The notes beneath the pieces were generated by a model. It worked only from the letters and a program-made list of their open reading frames with translations. It was not told the origin of the DNA and ran no database searches. 36,598 bases of DNA. Origin: a virus. Positions 25,023 through 34,266 of the stretch are shown here, piece by piece. The stretch's first letter is position 1. Every line of letters begins with the position of its first letter. The position numbers were made by a program, and so were the translations under genes. The stretch lies in IMG/VR virus record IMGVR_UViG_3300025536_000007, positions 1-36,598 of that record, one strand, 5' to 3'.

Positions 25023-25436
25023 ATGACATATGCACAACTAAAGCAAGAACGACAGGCAAAATATGACCAGCTTTTTAATGAGATTGGTCTATTTTGGGCA
25101 TTTGGGAACGACCAGTTTGACGAGGGTAAGAAAAAGCACCCAGTAACAGAGGGTCACAAATACTGTTCAATCGGAGCAGGTGGCTATTTTCCAGGGCAAA
25201 ACAAACAGGCATATATTGACGGCATGGACGCAATAAACGCCTGGGAGAAGACAGCAAAGGCAGAATTGAAAGCTAATCGAGCAGAGACAGAACAGGCAAT
25301 TTTGTACGAATTGCAAAATCATGAGTGTTTTTACACTGGCGATATTGACGAGGTGGTTGACATTTTCAAGGGTGTTTACACTATCGAGCAAATCCGCGCA
25401 GTCTATCGCAAAAACTTAGCAACGGCGGAGGTGTAA
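25023..25436 (+). CDS. Early protein, unknown function
   Basis: I prefer the ATG at 25023 (RBS gaaaggcaattactATG) over the track start at 24942. The product is 137 aa, MTYAQLKQERQAKYDQLFNEIGLFWAFGNDQF... Confidence 0.55.
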   Translation: MTYAQLKQERQAKYDQLFNEIGLFWAFGNDQFDEGKKKHPVTEGHKYCSIGAGGYFPGQNKQAYIDGMDAINAWEKTAKAELKANRAETEQAILYELQNHECFYTGDIDEVVDIFKGVYTIEQIRAVYRKNLATAEV

Positions 25437-25438
25437 AG

Positions 25439-25678
25439 ATGACCATACAAACTAAGATGTTTGACGGGCAACGGGTCAATACTCGCACCTATCGCAACGT
25501 AATTGAAAACGTGGACTTAGCACAATACATTGAGGGTTTCTACGCACAACGCGAAAGCAATCAGTGGGGCGTGTTGATACAGCTCAAAGGTAAAGAGCGA
25601 ATTTTACGCCGCAGTTTCGGCAAACTCGCAAACGGCGAGACAGTAACAAATTTAAGCATGATTGAAGGGATAAAATAA
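25439..25678 (+). CDS. Early protein, unknown function
   Basis: 79-aa ORF with RBS ggaggtgtaaagATG. Confidence 0.55.
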   Translation: MTIQTKMFDGQRVNTRTYRNVIENVDLAQYIEGFYAQRESNQWGVLIQLKGKERILRRSFGKLANGETVTNLSMIEGIK

Positions 25679-25830
25679 TGAGTGAAGAACTAAAGCAGGA
25701 AATTACAGACTTAGGTCACTACTACCGACAGCACAAAATTGCCAAAATGGTCAAAAGTCATCCTGGCTTTGTGGCTGAAGATTTTGCCAAATTACTGGCG
25801 AAGCTGCACAAAGAATTAGAGATAAACTAA
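25678..25830 (+). CDS. Small early protein (50 aa), below the ORF-track cutoff
   Basis: My own translation gives MSEELKQEITDLGHYYRQHKIAKMVKSHPGFVAEDFAKLLAKLHKELEIN*. The ATG overlaps the previous stop (TAATG). Confidence 0.45.
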   Translation: MSEELKQEITDLGHYYRQHKIAKMVKSHPGFVAEDFAKLLAKLHKELEIN

Positions 25831-25837
25831 ATAAGTA

Positions 25838-25866
25838 TTGACTTTTAAGCTACAGCATGATAGCAT
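25838..25866 (+). promoter_or_regulatory. Early promoter P2 (TTGACT-17-TAGCAT with TGa extension)
   Basis: Reads ttgacttttaagctacagcatgatagcat. The shared leader motif follows at 25876-25898. Confidence 0.6.
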
Positions 25867-25906
25867 AAGGGGTATGGCAAGCAAGGGCTATAGAAAGGAA
25901 AGTAAT

Positions 25907-26062
25907 ATGAGCGTATCACTACTCGAAGTCATTGAATCAGGCGGTTATGACATAACCACTGTTGAAGATGCAAGATGGTTGGTATCAAAACAATCAGAGT
26001 TTGAGCAGCTTATCGGTGAGGCAGAAGCCGTCATTGAGGCAAGCGAGGCGAGCGATGATTAG
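25907..26062 (+). CDS. Small highly acidic early protein (51 aa)
   Basis: The ATG at 25907 follows gaaaggaaagtaat. The product is MSVSLLEVIESGGYDITTVEDARWLVSKQSEFEQLIGEAEAVIEASEASDD. The track start at 25838 is the -35 TTG of P2. Confidence 0.5.
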   Translation: MSVSLLEVIESGGYDITTVEDARWLVSKQSEFEQLIGEAEAVIEASEASDD

Positions 26063-26312
26063 CATAGCAGTCAAAGAAGAACGCAGTTTGTGGGTGCTTG
26101 AAAAGCGATACCGGTGGAAGTTTCCAAGGTTAGGTTGGAATGACCCGAAACAGGTACTTTTAGGTGTATCGCTGCAATATCACTCACGGTACGACCAGGA
26201 ACACTACAGCAAATGCAACCCTTGTTGGGATGACCACCAAGACCATATGCAGGAAATGGAAATGGACGCACGGGACGATGCAGCAGAATATCAAAATGAA
26301 GAAGAATTTTAA
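26055..26312 (+). CDS. Early protein, unknown function (85 aa)
   Basis: The ATG at 26055 overlaps the end of the previous gene by 8 nt. The product is MISIAVKEERSLWVLEKRYRWKFPRLGW... Confidence 0.45.
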   Translation: MISIAVKEERSLWVLEKRYRWKFPRLGWNDPKQVLLGVSLQYHSRYDQEHYSKCNPCWDDHQDHMQEMEMDARDDAAEYQNEEEF

Positions 26313-26322
26313 GGGGATGGGC

Positions 26323-26454
26323 ATGAAAATACCAGTCAAATTTTACACAGATGTAACAGGCTTTTCTATCGGTCAAATCGCTGAAATTGCAGGAAAATTC
26401 GGCAATTTAGTAAGAGTCGGCGAAAAACAATATGTCGTGGAGTTAATATCATGA
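26323..26454 (+). CDS. Small early protein (43 aa; alternative start at 26317)
   Basis: RBS aaggggatgggcATG. The product is MKIPVKFYTDVTGFSIGQIAEIAGKFGNLVRVGEKQYVVELIS. Confidence 0.45.
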   Translation: MKIPVKFYTDVTGFSIGQIAEIAGKFGNLVRVGEKQYVVELIS

Positions 26455-26720
26455 CGGACGGCATGGAATTTATCGCAACACCAGCGAAAGACTACAGCGG
26501 CAAGAAAAAGACTGTCGCAAAAACCAAAACAATAACACCAAAGAAAGTAACCAATATGAGTAAAGACCAATTTAAGAAAGCGAAATCGGCTCACAAAGCT
26601 GAAATTGCGAAAATCAAGGCTCAACGCGCTAAACTGAAAGCTGACATCAAAAAGCATAAGCTTTTGATTAAGCAGGCGAAGATAGTGTATAAGTTAAGCA
26701 AAATGAAGGAGTCAAAATAA
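26451..26720 (+). CDS. Lysine-rich basic protein (histone/H1-like composition), possible nucleic-acid binder
   Basis: 89 aa, very rich in Lys, with a coiled KAEIAKIKAQRAKLKADIKKHKLLIKQAK segment. It has an ATGA overlap with the upstream gene. Confidence 0.5.
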   Translation: MTDGMEFIATPAKDYSGKKKTVAKTKTITPKKVTNMSKDQFKKAKSAHKAEIAKIKAQRAKLKADIKKHKLLIKQAKIVYKLSKMKESK

Positions 26721-26950
26721 TGGCAGGCACAGTTGAAGGCGGCAAACACGCCGCTGCAACCAACAAGCGACTTTACGGCGAAGGTTTCTACGCTCGTATT
26801 GGCGCGATAGGCGGCAAAAAGGGTCGCACTGGTGGGTTCTACTCGGCAACCTGTAATGGTTGTGAATGGAGTCGGAATCAGCACAAGAAGGCAGAATGTG
26901 CAGGAGCTAAAGGCGGCACGATTAGTCGCAGAACGAAAGTAACAATTTAA
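26720..26950 (+). CDS. KGG/Em-like small stress-protein-like protein
   Basis: 76 aa. The segments GGKHAAATNKRLYGEGFYARIGAIGGKKGRTGG and GAKGGTISRR resemble the GG...G.egY..iG.KGG repeat of KGG/LEA-5 type stress proteins. Confidence 0.35.
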   Translation: MAGTVEGGKHAAATNKRLYGEGFYARIGAIGGKKGRTGGFYSATCNGCEWSRNQHKKAECAGAKGGTISRRTKVTI

Positions 26951-26971
26951 TTTTCCAAGGAGGAAAATATC

Positions 26972-27307
26972 ATGGCTAAGAATGAATTAGTAGCAAAGTT
27001 TGAGAAGAACCAGCAAGAAATTGCAAAACTGAACCGTAAAATCGAGGCAGCTGTTGGCGATGCAGTCACCAAAAAGGCTGAGCTTGAAAAGCAAAACACC
27101 GATATGCGTGCAGCGATTTACGAAGCGATGGAGGCAAACGACGTTGATAAGTTTGACGGCGACCTCATCACCATCACACGGGTAAAACCAACAACTCGCA
27201 CGACCTTTGACTCAAAGAGGTTTCAGGAAGAGCGACCAAAGACATACGCCAAGTACTTGAAAACTGGCAACGTCAAAGGCTCAATCCGTATAGCGGTTAA
27301 GGCATAA
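26972..27307 (+). CDS. Gp157-like protein (position and composition)
   Basis: 111 aa with an N-terminal coiled coil, lying directly upstream of the SNF2 helicase as in Gram-positive siphophage replication modules. RBS aaggaggaaaatatcATG. Confidence 0.3.
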   Translation: MAKNELVAKFEKNQQEIAKLNRKIEAAVGDAVTKKAELEKQNTDMRAAIYEAMEANDVDKFDGDLITITRVKPTTRTTFDSKRFQEERPKTYAKYLKTGNVKGSIRIAVKA

Positions 27308-27308
27308 T

Positions 27309-28502
27309 ATGCAGCTGTACCCTAGTCAAGAAAGCTACCTGACTAGACTGGGGAAGCGACCATATTTGTTCGCTGAAGTCGGAACTGGCAAAACACTGAT
27401 GGCACTTTTCCGCGTACACCGCACAGGAACGCGGAAGGTGCTTATCATTTGCCCAGCATCGGTTAGAGACACACAAGTTTGGGAGCTTGACCTTGAAAAG
27501 TCAGGATTACACTTCGACCAGTTCGAGGTGCAGGGTTTCAGCTTCTTGCAGAAATTCAATACAGTGGATTTTACGAAGTATCGTGACCATTACGTCATTA
27601 TTGACGAGGCGCACAAAATCAAGAATAGCCAGAGCAAACAGGGCATGGGCGCATTTCAGTTATGCAGTTTGGCAAAAGGCTATTTATTTTTGAGTGGTAC
27701 TCCGATGAGTAACTGGTCGCACGCCGTCAACTACGCCAAGATTACGGGGCTAGTTCGGCATAAGACTGAGTTTTACAAGCGGTTCGTGGTGGAGCAACGG
27801 TCATATGCTCACAAGGGTATGGACATCGTGGGCTATCGCGACACCGACACTCTAGTTAAATGGTGGAATAATATTGCGCTTAGGCTCAAAGCTGAAGAGT
27901 GCGTTGAGTTGCCACGCAAGCAAATCATTGACGTGCAAATTCCCGTTAAACGGAAAGAGTATATTTCGATGATTAAGAACCGCATCAACGCTGATGGTGA
28001 GCCGCTTGATTCAGCACCTAAGCTTACTTGGGCTCTTCGCAAATATGCGGAGGTTGCCCCAGAGAAGATGAACTGGGTTGTTGAGAAGGTAGAGGGTTTG
28101 CCAAACTGTTTGATATTCGCCAACACGATTCAAGCAATTGAAGACTTGAGTGCGAAATTCAAGGCAGCCAAAATCAAGCATGGTGTCTGGTACGGAGCGA
28201 AGAAAGACAAGTTCGATGACCAGCAAGTTATGATTGTGCAATATCAATCGGGTGGTACTGGTCTGAATTTACAGAAGTTCAATACGACAGTCTTTTTGTC
28301 GCCGTGCTACAGTTTCATTGACTATACTCAGGCAGTCGGGCGCACTTATCGTAACGGGCAAGAGCAGAAATGTACCTTTTACCAGTTACGAGCGGCACAA
28401 ACGATTGACGGTGCGATTTACGCGGCACTCAAAGAAAAGCGTGACTTTGACGATAAACTAACGGGCATAAAAGAAGCCTATTGGATGGAGATAATGTCAT
28501 GA
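27309..28502 (+). CDS. SNF2/DEAD-like superfamily-2 helicase
   Basis: Walker A EVGTGKT, motif II IIDEAHKIKN, motif III LSGTPMSN. C-terminal helicase motifs QSGGTGLNLQ and QAVGRTYRNGQ are also present. Confidence 0.85.
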   Translation: MQLYPSQESYLTRLGKRPYLFAEVGTGKTLMALFRVHRTGTRKVLIICPASVRDTQVWELDLEKSGLHFDQFEVQGFSFLQKFNTVDFTKYRDHYVIIDEAHKIKNSQSKQGMGAFQLCSLAKGYLFLSGTPMSNWSHAVNYAKITGLVRHKTEFYKRFVVEQRSYAHKGMDIVGYRDTDTLVKWWNNIALRLKAEECVELPRKQIIDVQIPVKRKEYISMIKNRINADGEPLDSAPKLTWALRKYAEVAPEKMNWVVEKVEGLPNCLIFANTIQAIEDLSAKFKAAKIKHGVWYGAKKDKFDDQQVMIVQYQSGGTGLNLQKFNTTVFLSPCYSFIDYTQAVGRTYRNGQEQKCTFYQLRAAQTIDGAIYAALKEKRDFDDKLTGIKEAYWMEIMS

Positions 28503-29008
28503 GAACAGAAAATGCAGGAAAGTATCTAGCAAAAACGCTTGATGAGTACCGTGAGCGCAGCGATTCAATCGCCAAAAAGTCGGAGCTTAAAGATGGCGAG
28601 CGCAAGATTGTTATTCGCCCAGGGTTTGATTTACGAGCTACAAAAGACAGTCGTTATGGTCAGGGTAGCCCGACGCTCGTATTTATGGAGCGGCGCGGCA
28701 ACGTGGCTATCGACGCAGCCTTTGGCACAGGCTGGCAAGTTAAGGGTCAAGCTCACCTTTCAATGGATGGCGAAGACATTAGTATGATGGGTTATGGTTT
28801 CTACTATCACCGATTGTACAAAAAAGATGTGAAATACCCAGAATACGCACATCAGGAAAAAGATTGCCCATTGCTCGGTCACAAAAAATGCTGGGGTGAA
28901 GCTGGTTCGGCGCTATACGGTGATGAGCTGAAGTGGATTTTACTCAACTTCGGTGAAAACGGCATTTGGGATGAAATCGACAAAGCTTTCAAGGAGTATA
29001 GCCTATGA
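28499..29008 (+). CDS. Hypothetical protein in the recombination module
   Basis: 169 aa from the ATG at 28499, which overlaps the helicase stop. The track start at 28481 is also in frame. Confidence 0.5.
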   Translation: MRTENAGKYLAKTLDEYRERSDSIAKKSELKDGERKIVIRPGFDLRATKDSRYGQGSPTLVFMERRGNVAIDAAFGTGWQVKGQAHLSMDGEDISMMGYGFYYHRLYKKDVKYPEYAHQEKDCPLLGHKKCWGEAGSALYGDELKWILLNFGENGIWDEIDKAFKEYSL

Positions 29009-29727
29009 AAAAATATGCGAAAGAATTTCGTATCAGTGATGCACCCCAAAGGTCGCCTCAATGGTACAAAGATAAGGCAGGCAAGCCAAGCGCGAGTGGA
29101 CTAGCATTTTTGTTTGATGTGCTGAAAGACGGCTATACGCCGAGCGCCAAGCAAAAGAACTACCTCAAGCAATTGGCATTTGAGCGAAAGTTCGGTGTCA
29201 CCTACGAAATATTCCAAACCAAACCAATGAAAGATGGCGTGTTTTATGAGGACTTCGCCAAAATGGTGTACGAGCGCGACACAGGTAATATCCTGAGCGA
29301 AGCGTTCTCCTATGTTTCAGATTGGTTCGTGGCAACACCAGATGGCAGAGTGTACGATAGCAAAGCCAAAACGAAGCACGGTGGTTTGGAGTGCAAGGTT
29401 GTCGGCGACAAGACTTTCTTGACGCTGATGGAAGATGGTATGCCGATAGAGCACGAGCGGCAAACACAGTCGCAGATGATGGCTACTGGTTGGGATTGGA
29501 TTGACTACGTTGTAGTAAATCTGAAAACCCGAGCTTATTTCATCTTGCGAGTGAATAGAAACAATGTGCTCATCAAGCGTATTTACGAGCGATTACACGA
29601 GCCGTTGAATTTACCGACACTGAAAGATGTTGGCGTAAAGCGGTTTGATGAGAATTTGCTCGAAGGCTGGATGACAGGTAACAATTTACAAGAAGAAGAT
29701 TTAATAATTCCCGATTTGGGATTTTAA
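29005..29727 (+). CDS. YqaJ-type (lambda Exo-like, PD-(D/E)XK) recombination exonuclease
   Basis: The N-terminus reads QRSPQWYKDKAGKPSASGLA. The catalytic pattern is ATPDGRV...GGLECKVV (D...E-x-K). Confidence 0.65.
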   Translation: MKKYAKEFRISDAPQRSPQWYKDKAGKPSASGLAFLFDVLKDGYTPSAKQKNYLKQLAFERKFGVTYEIFQTKPMKDGVFYEDFAKMVYERDTGNILSEAFSYVSDWFVATPDGRVYDSKAKTKHGGLECKVVGDKTFLTLMEDGMPIEHERQTQSQMMATGWDWIDYVVVNLKTRAYFILRVNRNNVLIKRIYERLHEPLNLPTLKDVGVKRFDENLLEGWMTGNNLQEEDLIIPDLGF

Positions 29728-29739
29728 GGAGAAAAAACA

Positions 29740-29961
29740 ATGTTTTCAATATTAGCATTAACAGGCATGGTGATAGCAATGCTTTCACCAACACAACCAA
29801 CAATAGTAGCGACTTTTGAGCCAGCAGAGCCAACTGTAGTAGCAATACTGCAGCCAGCCGAGCCGACAGTGGTCGCAACATTCAAGCAGCCAGTTCTTGA
29901 GGGCATCCCTCTTGAGTCAGCTCAACCAACCATCGTAAAAACATGGACTTTAGAAAAATAA
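29740..29961 (+). CDS. Small exported/membrane protein with 11-aa tandem repeats
   Basis: 73 aa. It has a hydrophobic N-terminus (MFSILALTGMVIAMLS) followed by PTQPTIVATFE / PAEPTVVAILQ / PAEPTVVATFK. RBS aaggagaaaaaacaATG. Confidence 0.55.
   Translation: MFSILALTGMVIAMLSPTQPTIVATFEPAEPTVVAILQPAEPTVVATFKQPVLEGIPLESAQPTIVKTWTLEK
29788..29883 (+). repeat. 33-bp in-frame tandem repeat (about 3 units)
   Basis: gagccagcagagccaactgtagtagcaata... is followed by cagccagccgagccgacagtggtcgcaaca... Confidence 0.75.
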
Positions 29962-29964
29962 CTA

Positions 29965-29993
29965 TTGCATTGTTTACTTTGCTGTGATACTAT
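29965..29993 (+). promoter_or_regulatory. Early/middle promoter P3 (TTGCAT-17-TACTAT with TGa extension)
   Basis: Reads ttgcattgtttactttgctgtgatactat. It shares GCTG.G..GATACTATATA with P1. The leader motif lies at 30002-30025. Confidence 0.65.
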
Positions 29994-30032
29994 ATAGGTA
30001 CAGCAAAGCAAGGCTACAAGAAAGGTTTTAAT

Positions 30033-30665
30033 ATGAGTCAATTAACTTTCGTCCTCGGACGAAGCGGAACAGGCAAGTCAACCAGCCTCCGCAATTTCAC
30101 AGCCAAAGACGGCATTGGTTACATTACAGCAACAGGCAAGCCATTGCCATTTAAGAGCGATATTCCGCAATTCCATGCTAAGAATTACACGGAGCTAATT
30201 GCGGCAATCAATCAGAGCAAAGCGCCTGTAGTCGTTGTTGATGACTTCAACTACTGGATGAGCTTCGAAGAGTTCAGCCAGGCGAGTGTAAAGGGCTACG
30301 AGAAGTTCACTCAAATGGCGGTCAACGTCGTGAATGTTATCGAGGCAATCACCAAGAAAGATACCGACCAGCGCTTCTATATTCTTGCCCACAGCGAGAA
30401 CAACGAGGATGGTCAATTGCGCCTCAAAACTACTGGTAAAATGGTCAGCGACAAGTTCGTGCCAGAAGGCTTGACCAATCAGGTCATCGAGACAGCAGTT
30501 GTTGACCGTGAGTTTGTGTTTAAGGTGAAGACTGACGGCACTGGCATTAAAACGCCAATGGGCATGTTCAAAGAATCTGAAGTCACCATTCCAAACGACT
30601 TGAAACAGCTTGATAAAGCATTAGTAGAGTTTTACAAACCAGTAGCACCTAAAAAGGAGAAGTAA
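30033..30665 (+). CDS. AAA_24 / Sak4-like RecA-fold ATPase (recombination mediator)
   Basis: Walker A VLGRSGTGKST and Walker B VVVVDDFNYW. Its ~210-aa size and its position between the exonuclease and the SSB-like gene fit this family. Confidence 0.6.
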   Translation: MSQLTFVLGRSGTGKSTSLRNFTAKDGIGYITATGKPLPFKSDIPQFHAKNYTELIAAINQSKAPVVVVDDFNYWMSFEEFSQASVKGYEKFTQMAVNVVNVIEAITKKDTDQRFYILAHSENNEDGQLRLKTTGKMVSDKFVPEGLTNQVIETAVVDREFVFKVKTDGTGIKTPMGMFKESEVTIPNDLKQLDKALVEFYKPVAPKKEK

Positions 30666-31015
30666 TGTTACGCAACCGCAACCAAGATTTTGCAGGCTAT
30701 CGGCAGGAATACCCACCGATTCCGATGCAACCACCAGTTTACACGCCACCTAGAGACCAGCTTGACCCGAAAGATGAGCGTTTGCTCGAACTTTCACAAG
30801 AGGTCGGCAAGCTCTACGGTGTGAATGATTTGCTTCAAGAAGACAATGTTCGGCTTGAGCAAGAGAATGTGGAGTTGCGCCGTAAGAACTCACAACTCGA
30901 AAAGCGGAATCGTGAGCTCGAAGAAAGTGAAGCGCACGATACTGGGGCGAGGACGCTTGTCGAGGCAATCAGGGTAGAGTTAAAAAATAGTAAAGCTAAG
31001 AAGGAGAAAAAATAA
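30665..31015 (+). CDS. Coiled-coil protein, unknown function
   Basis: 116 aa with RBS aaggagaagtaATG. It contains the heptads LLQEDNVRLEQENVELRRKNSQLEKRNRELEE. Confidence 0.55.
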   Translation: MLRNRNQDFAGYRQEYPPIPMQPPVYTPPRDQLDPKDERLLELSQEVGKLYGVNDLLQEDNVRLEQENVELRRKNSQLEKRNRELEESEAHDTGARTLVEAIRVELKNSKAKKEKK

Positions 31016-31212
31016 TGGAAGTAATAGTCTATACGAATATGGGCAGGACATTACTGTTCGAGAACGTAACAAACTTCAGTTTTTACGCGCAGGGTTTTGA
31101 GTTTGACTATGTTGGTGCAAGCACTGGCAAAGTTCGACACGCAAATTTCAATAACACTTCGGTTGCTGGTTATGCCACAACTGAAACTAAAACTAAGTCA
31201 GGAGCTAAGTAA
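31015..31212 (+). CDS. Hypothetical protein
   Basis: 65 aa with RBS aaggagaaaaaataATG. Confidence 0.5.
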   Translation: MEVIVYTNMGRTLLFENVTNFSFYAQGFEFDYVGASTGKVRHANFNNTSVAGYATTETKTKSGAK

Positions 31213-31853
31213 TGGCAGACCAAACAGATGAGAAGGCAAAAGCAGCTGAGCAAAAAGATTTGTTCGGTGAGTTAGAAAAGAACGATGTGCAAGTTGCTGA
31301 TGACGCAGCAGAAAAAATGAAAGAAAACATCATGACCGACAAGGGTGGTGGTAACTATCTTGGAATCGGTGTCCACGATGTCGCTGTAACCAGCGTCGAG
31401 CTTGTCAAAGCCAGCACTGGTACGCTTGGCATCCAGTTCAATGTTGAAAACGAAGATGGTCAGGGGCGTGTGAAAATGTGGCTCTCTGAGGCGGCATTGC
31501 CATACACCATTGAAAATATCAGTCGGCTTGTTGTTCACAACGCTGCAGGCGACCAAAAAGAGGCTGCTCGCACTATGATGGCAAACATCGTGAGCGCAAA
31601 ATCACTTTTCAAGACCGTCCAATTGATTTTGGTAGAGCTTGAGAAAAACAAGAAGCCATTTGTGGCTCACCTTTCAATCCGTGAAGCTCGTGATGGTAGC
31701 GTCTATACCGACAAGAATGGTGTGGAGCGAGCATCAACAGAGAGCAATCTCTTGAGCTACCGACCAAAGGAAACTTCAACTCAGGCAGCTATCGCTGCAA
31801 CTGGTGGAGAATTGGTCGCTGACAAAGACACAATAAACGGGTTGCCGTTCTAA
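31212..31853 (+). CDS. Probable ssDNA-binding protein (gp2.5/DUF669-like)
   Basis: 213 aa, downstream of the AAA_24 gene as in related modules. The C-terminus ...DKDTINGLPF ends in an SSB-style acidic/aromatic tip (compare D-I-P-F). Confidence 0.45.
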   Translation: MADQTDEKAKAAEQKDLFGELEKNDVQVADDAAEKMKENIMTDKGGGNYLGIGVHDVAVTSVELVKASTGTLGIQFNVENEDGQGRVKMWLSEAALPYTIENISRLVVHNAAGDQKEAARTMMANIVSAKSLFKTVQLILVELEKNKKPFVAHLSIREARDGSVYTDKNGVERASTESNLLSYRPKETSTQAAIAATGGELVADKDTINGLPF

Positions 31854-31860
31854 CTAAAGT

Positions 31861-32110
31861 GAGGCATTGCGCCTCGCTCTGGGCAGCTCGCAGAATAGAA
31901 ACGGGAGATTACTTAGACTTTTCTATGTAGCCTTTGCGCCCGAATCCGTAGTGAGCTGTCCATAATGAGGCGCAAGAGTTGGCGATAGATGAGGGGGAGG
32001 TTCACCTTGAAAGACCAGGCAAGCCGAAGGCGAATATTCAACGGTCAAAATGATAGGTTTCATGCCGATATCGACTAAGTATGATGAGCCCCCTGCCATT
32101 TATCGCCAAC
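31861..32110 (+). ncRNA. Two-domain structured intergenic element (candidate ncRNA or cis-regulatory RNA)
   Basis: The 270-nt gap contains no ORF. Domain 1 is closed by 31867-31889 pairing with 31953-31975. Domain 2 is closed by 31978-31997 pairing with 32089-32110. Confidence 0.45.
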
Positions 32111-32123
32111 AGGAAAAACAACT

Positions 32124-33631
<1,508 letters not shown>

Positions 33632-33635
<4 letters not shown>

Positions 33636-33859
33636 GCAACAGATATCAACCAGTACCAGAAAATATGCAGCAAGACCCTGATGGCTTGTGGCGAGCTGCT
33701 GTGCCATTGCCCTTTTTTGGAATCCGCAAGGGTTGTCATTGTGATAGGAAATTCTGGAGAGAATCAAGCTACGCAACGCACTATGTCGAGGCTCACACTG
33801 ATGGGCTTCGGTACAAAAGAACCCCAACTGGCATTCATGCAGTGGAGCGGATAGGGTGA
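33632..33859 (+). CDS. Hypothetical protein (Cys/His-containing)
   Basis: 75 aa with RBS aaggagaagatATG. Confidence 0.5.
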
Positions 33860-34074
33860 AAGTCATTCGCACTAGAAGTGCCATTGTACATCGCATCGCA
33901 GACTGCGATAATTGCAACTGGAGAGATGAGGGTTATAAAACTGCTAGCCGTTATGCTCGCAGACACTCAGAGAAAACTGGTCATACTACCAATGTTGAAA
34001 ATGGGAATTATTATCGGTACAAACCAAAAGACGGCGAAACACTCGTCGACAAAAATCAACTAAGTTTAGTCTAG
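33856..34074 (+). CDS. Small zinc-ribbon-like protein
   Basis: 72 aa. The GTG start overlaps the upstream stop (GTGA). It contains CDNCNW...ARRHSEKTGH. Confidence 0.45.
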   Translation: MKVIRTRSAIVHRIADCDNCNWRDEGYKTASRYARRHSEKTGHTTNVENGNYYRYKPKDGETLVDKNQLSLV

Positions 34075-34083
34075 GAGACAAAA

Positions 34084-34266
34084 ATGGAACTCGTGCCAAA
34101 TACAAACAACGTAAGTTATATTGACGAATACCCAGAACTAAAAAAGAGAGTTTGGCTACGACGGCTTGACGCACAACGGCGCATAGGGCAGTTAGCACTA
34201 TTCCCAGAGGATATGAACCAACTAATTTTGTTCCCAATAGATGGCGAAGGAGACGAAGGGGCATGA
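34084..34266 (+). CDS. Hypothetical protein
   Basis: 60 aa with RBS aggagacaaaaATG. Confidence 0.45.
   Translation: MELVPNTNNVSYIDEYPELKKRVWLRRLDAQRRIGQLALFPEDMNQLILFPIDGEGDEGA

Noticed and set aside
31861-32123. The structured gap read as a self-splicing group I intron, a tRNA/tmRNA or a hammerhead ribozyme.
   Set aside because: The flanking ORFs are complete, unrelated genes with their own stop and start, so no exon continuity exists. I found no cloverleaf or GTTCRANYC T-loop. The AUGAUGAG at 32081-88 lacks the invariant C of the CUGAUGA hammerhead core and a matching GAAA strand.
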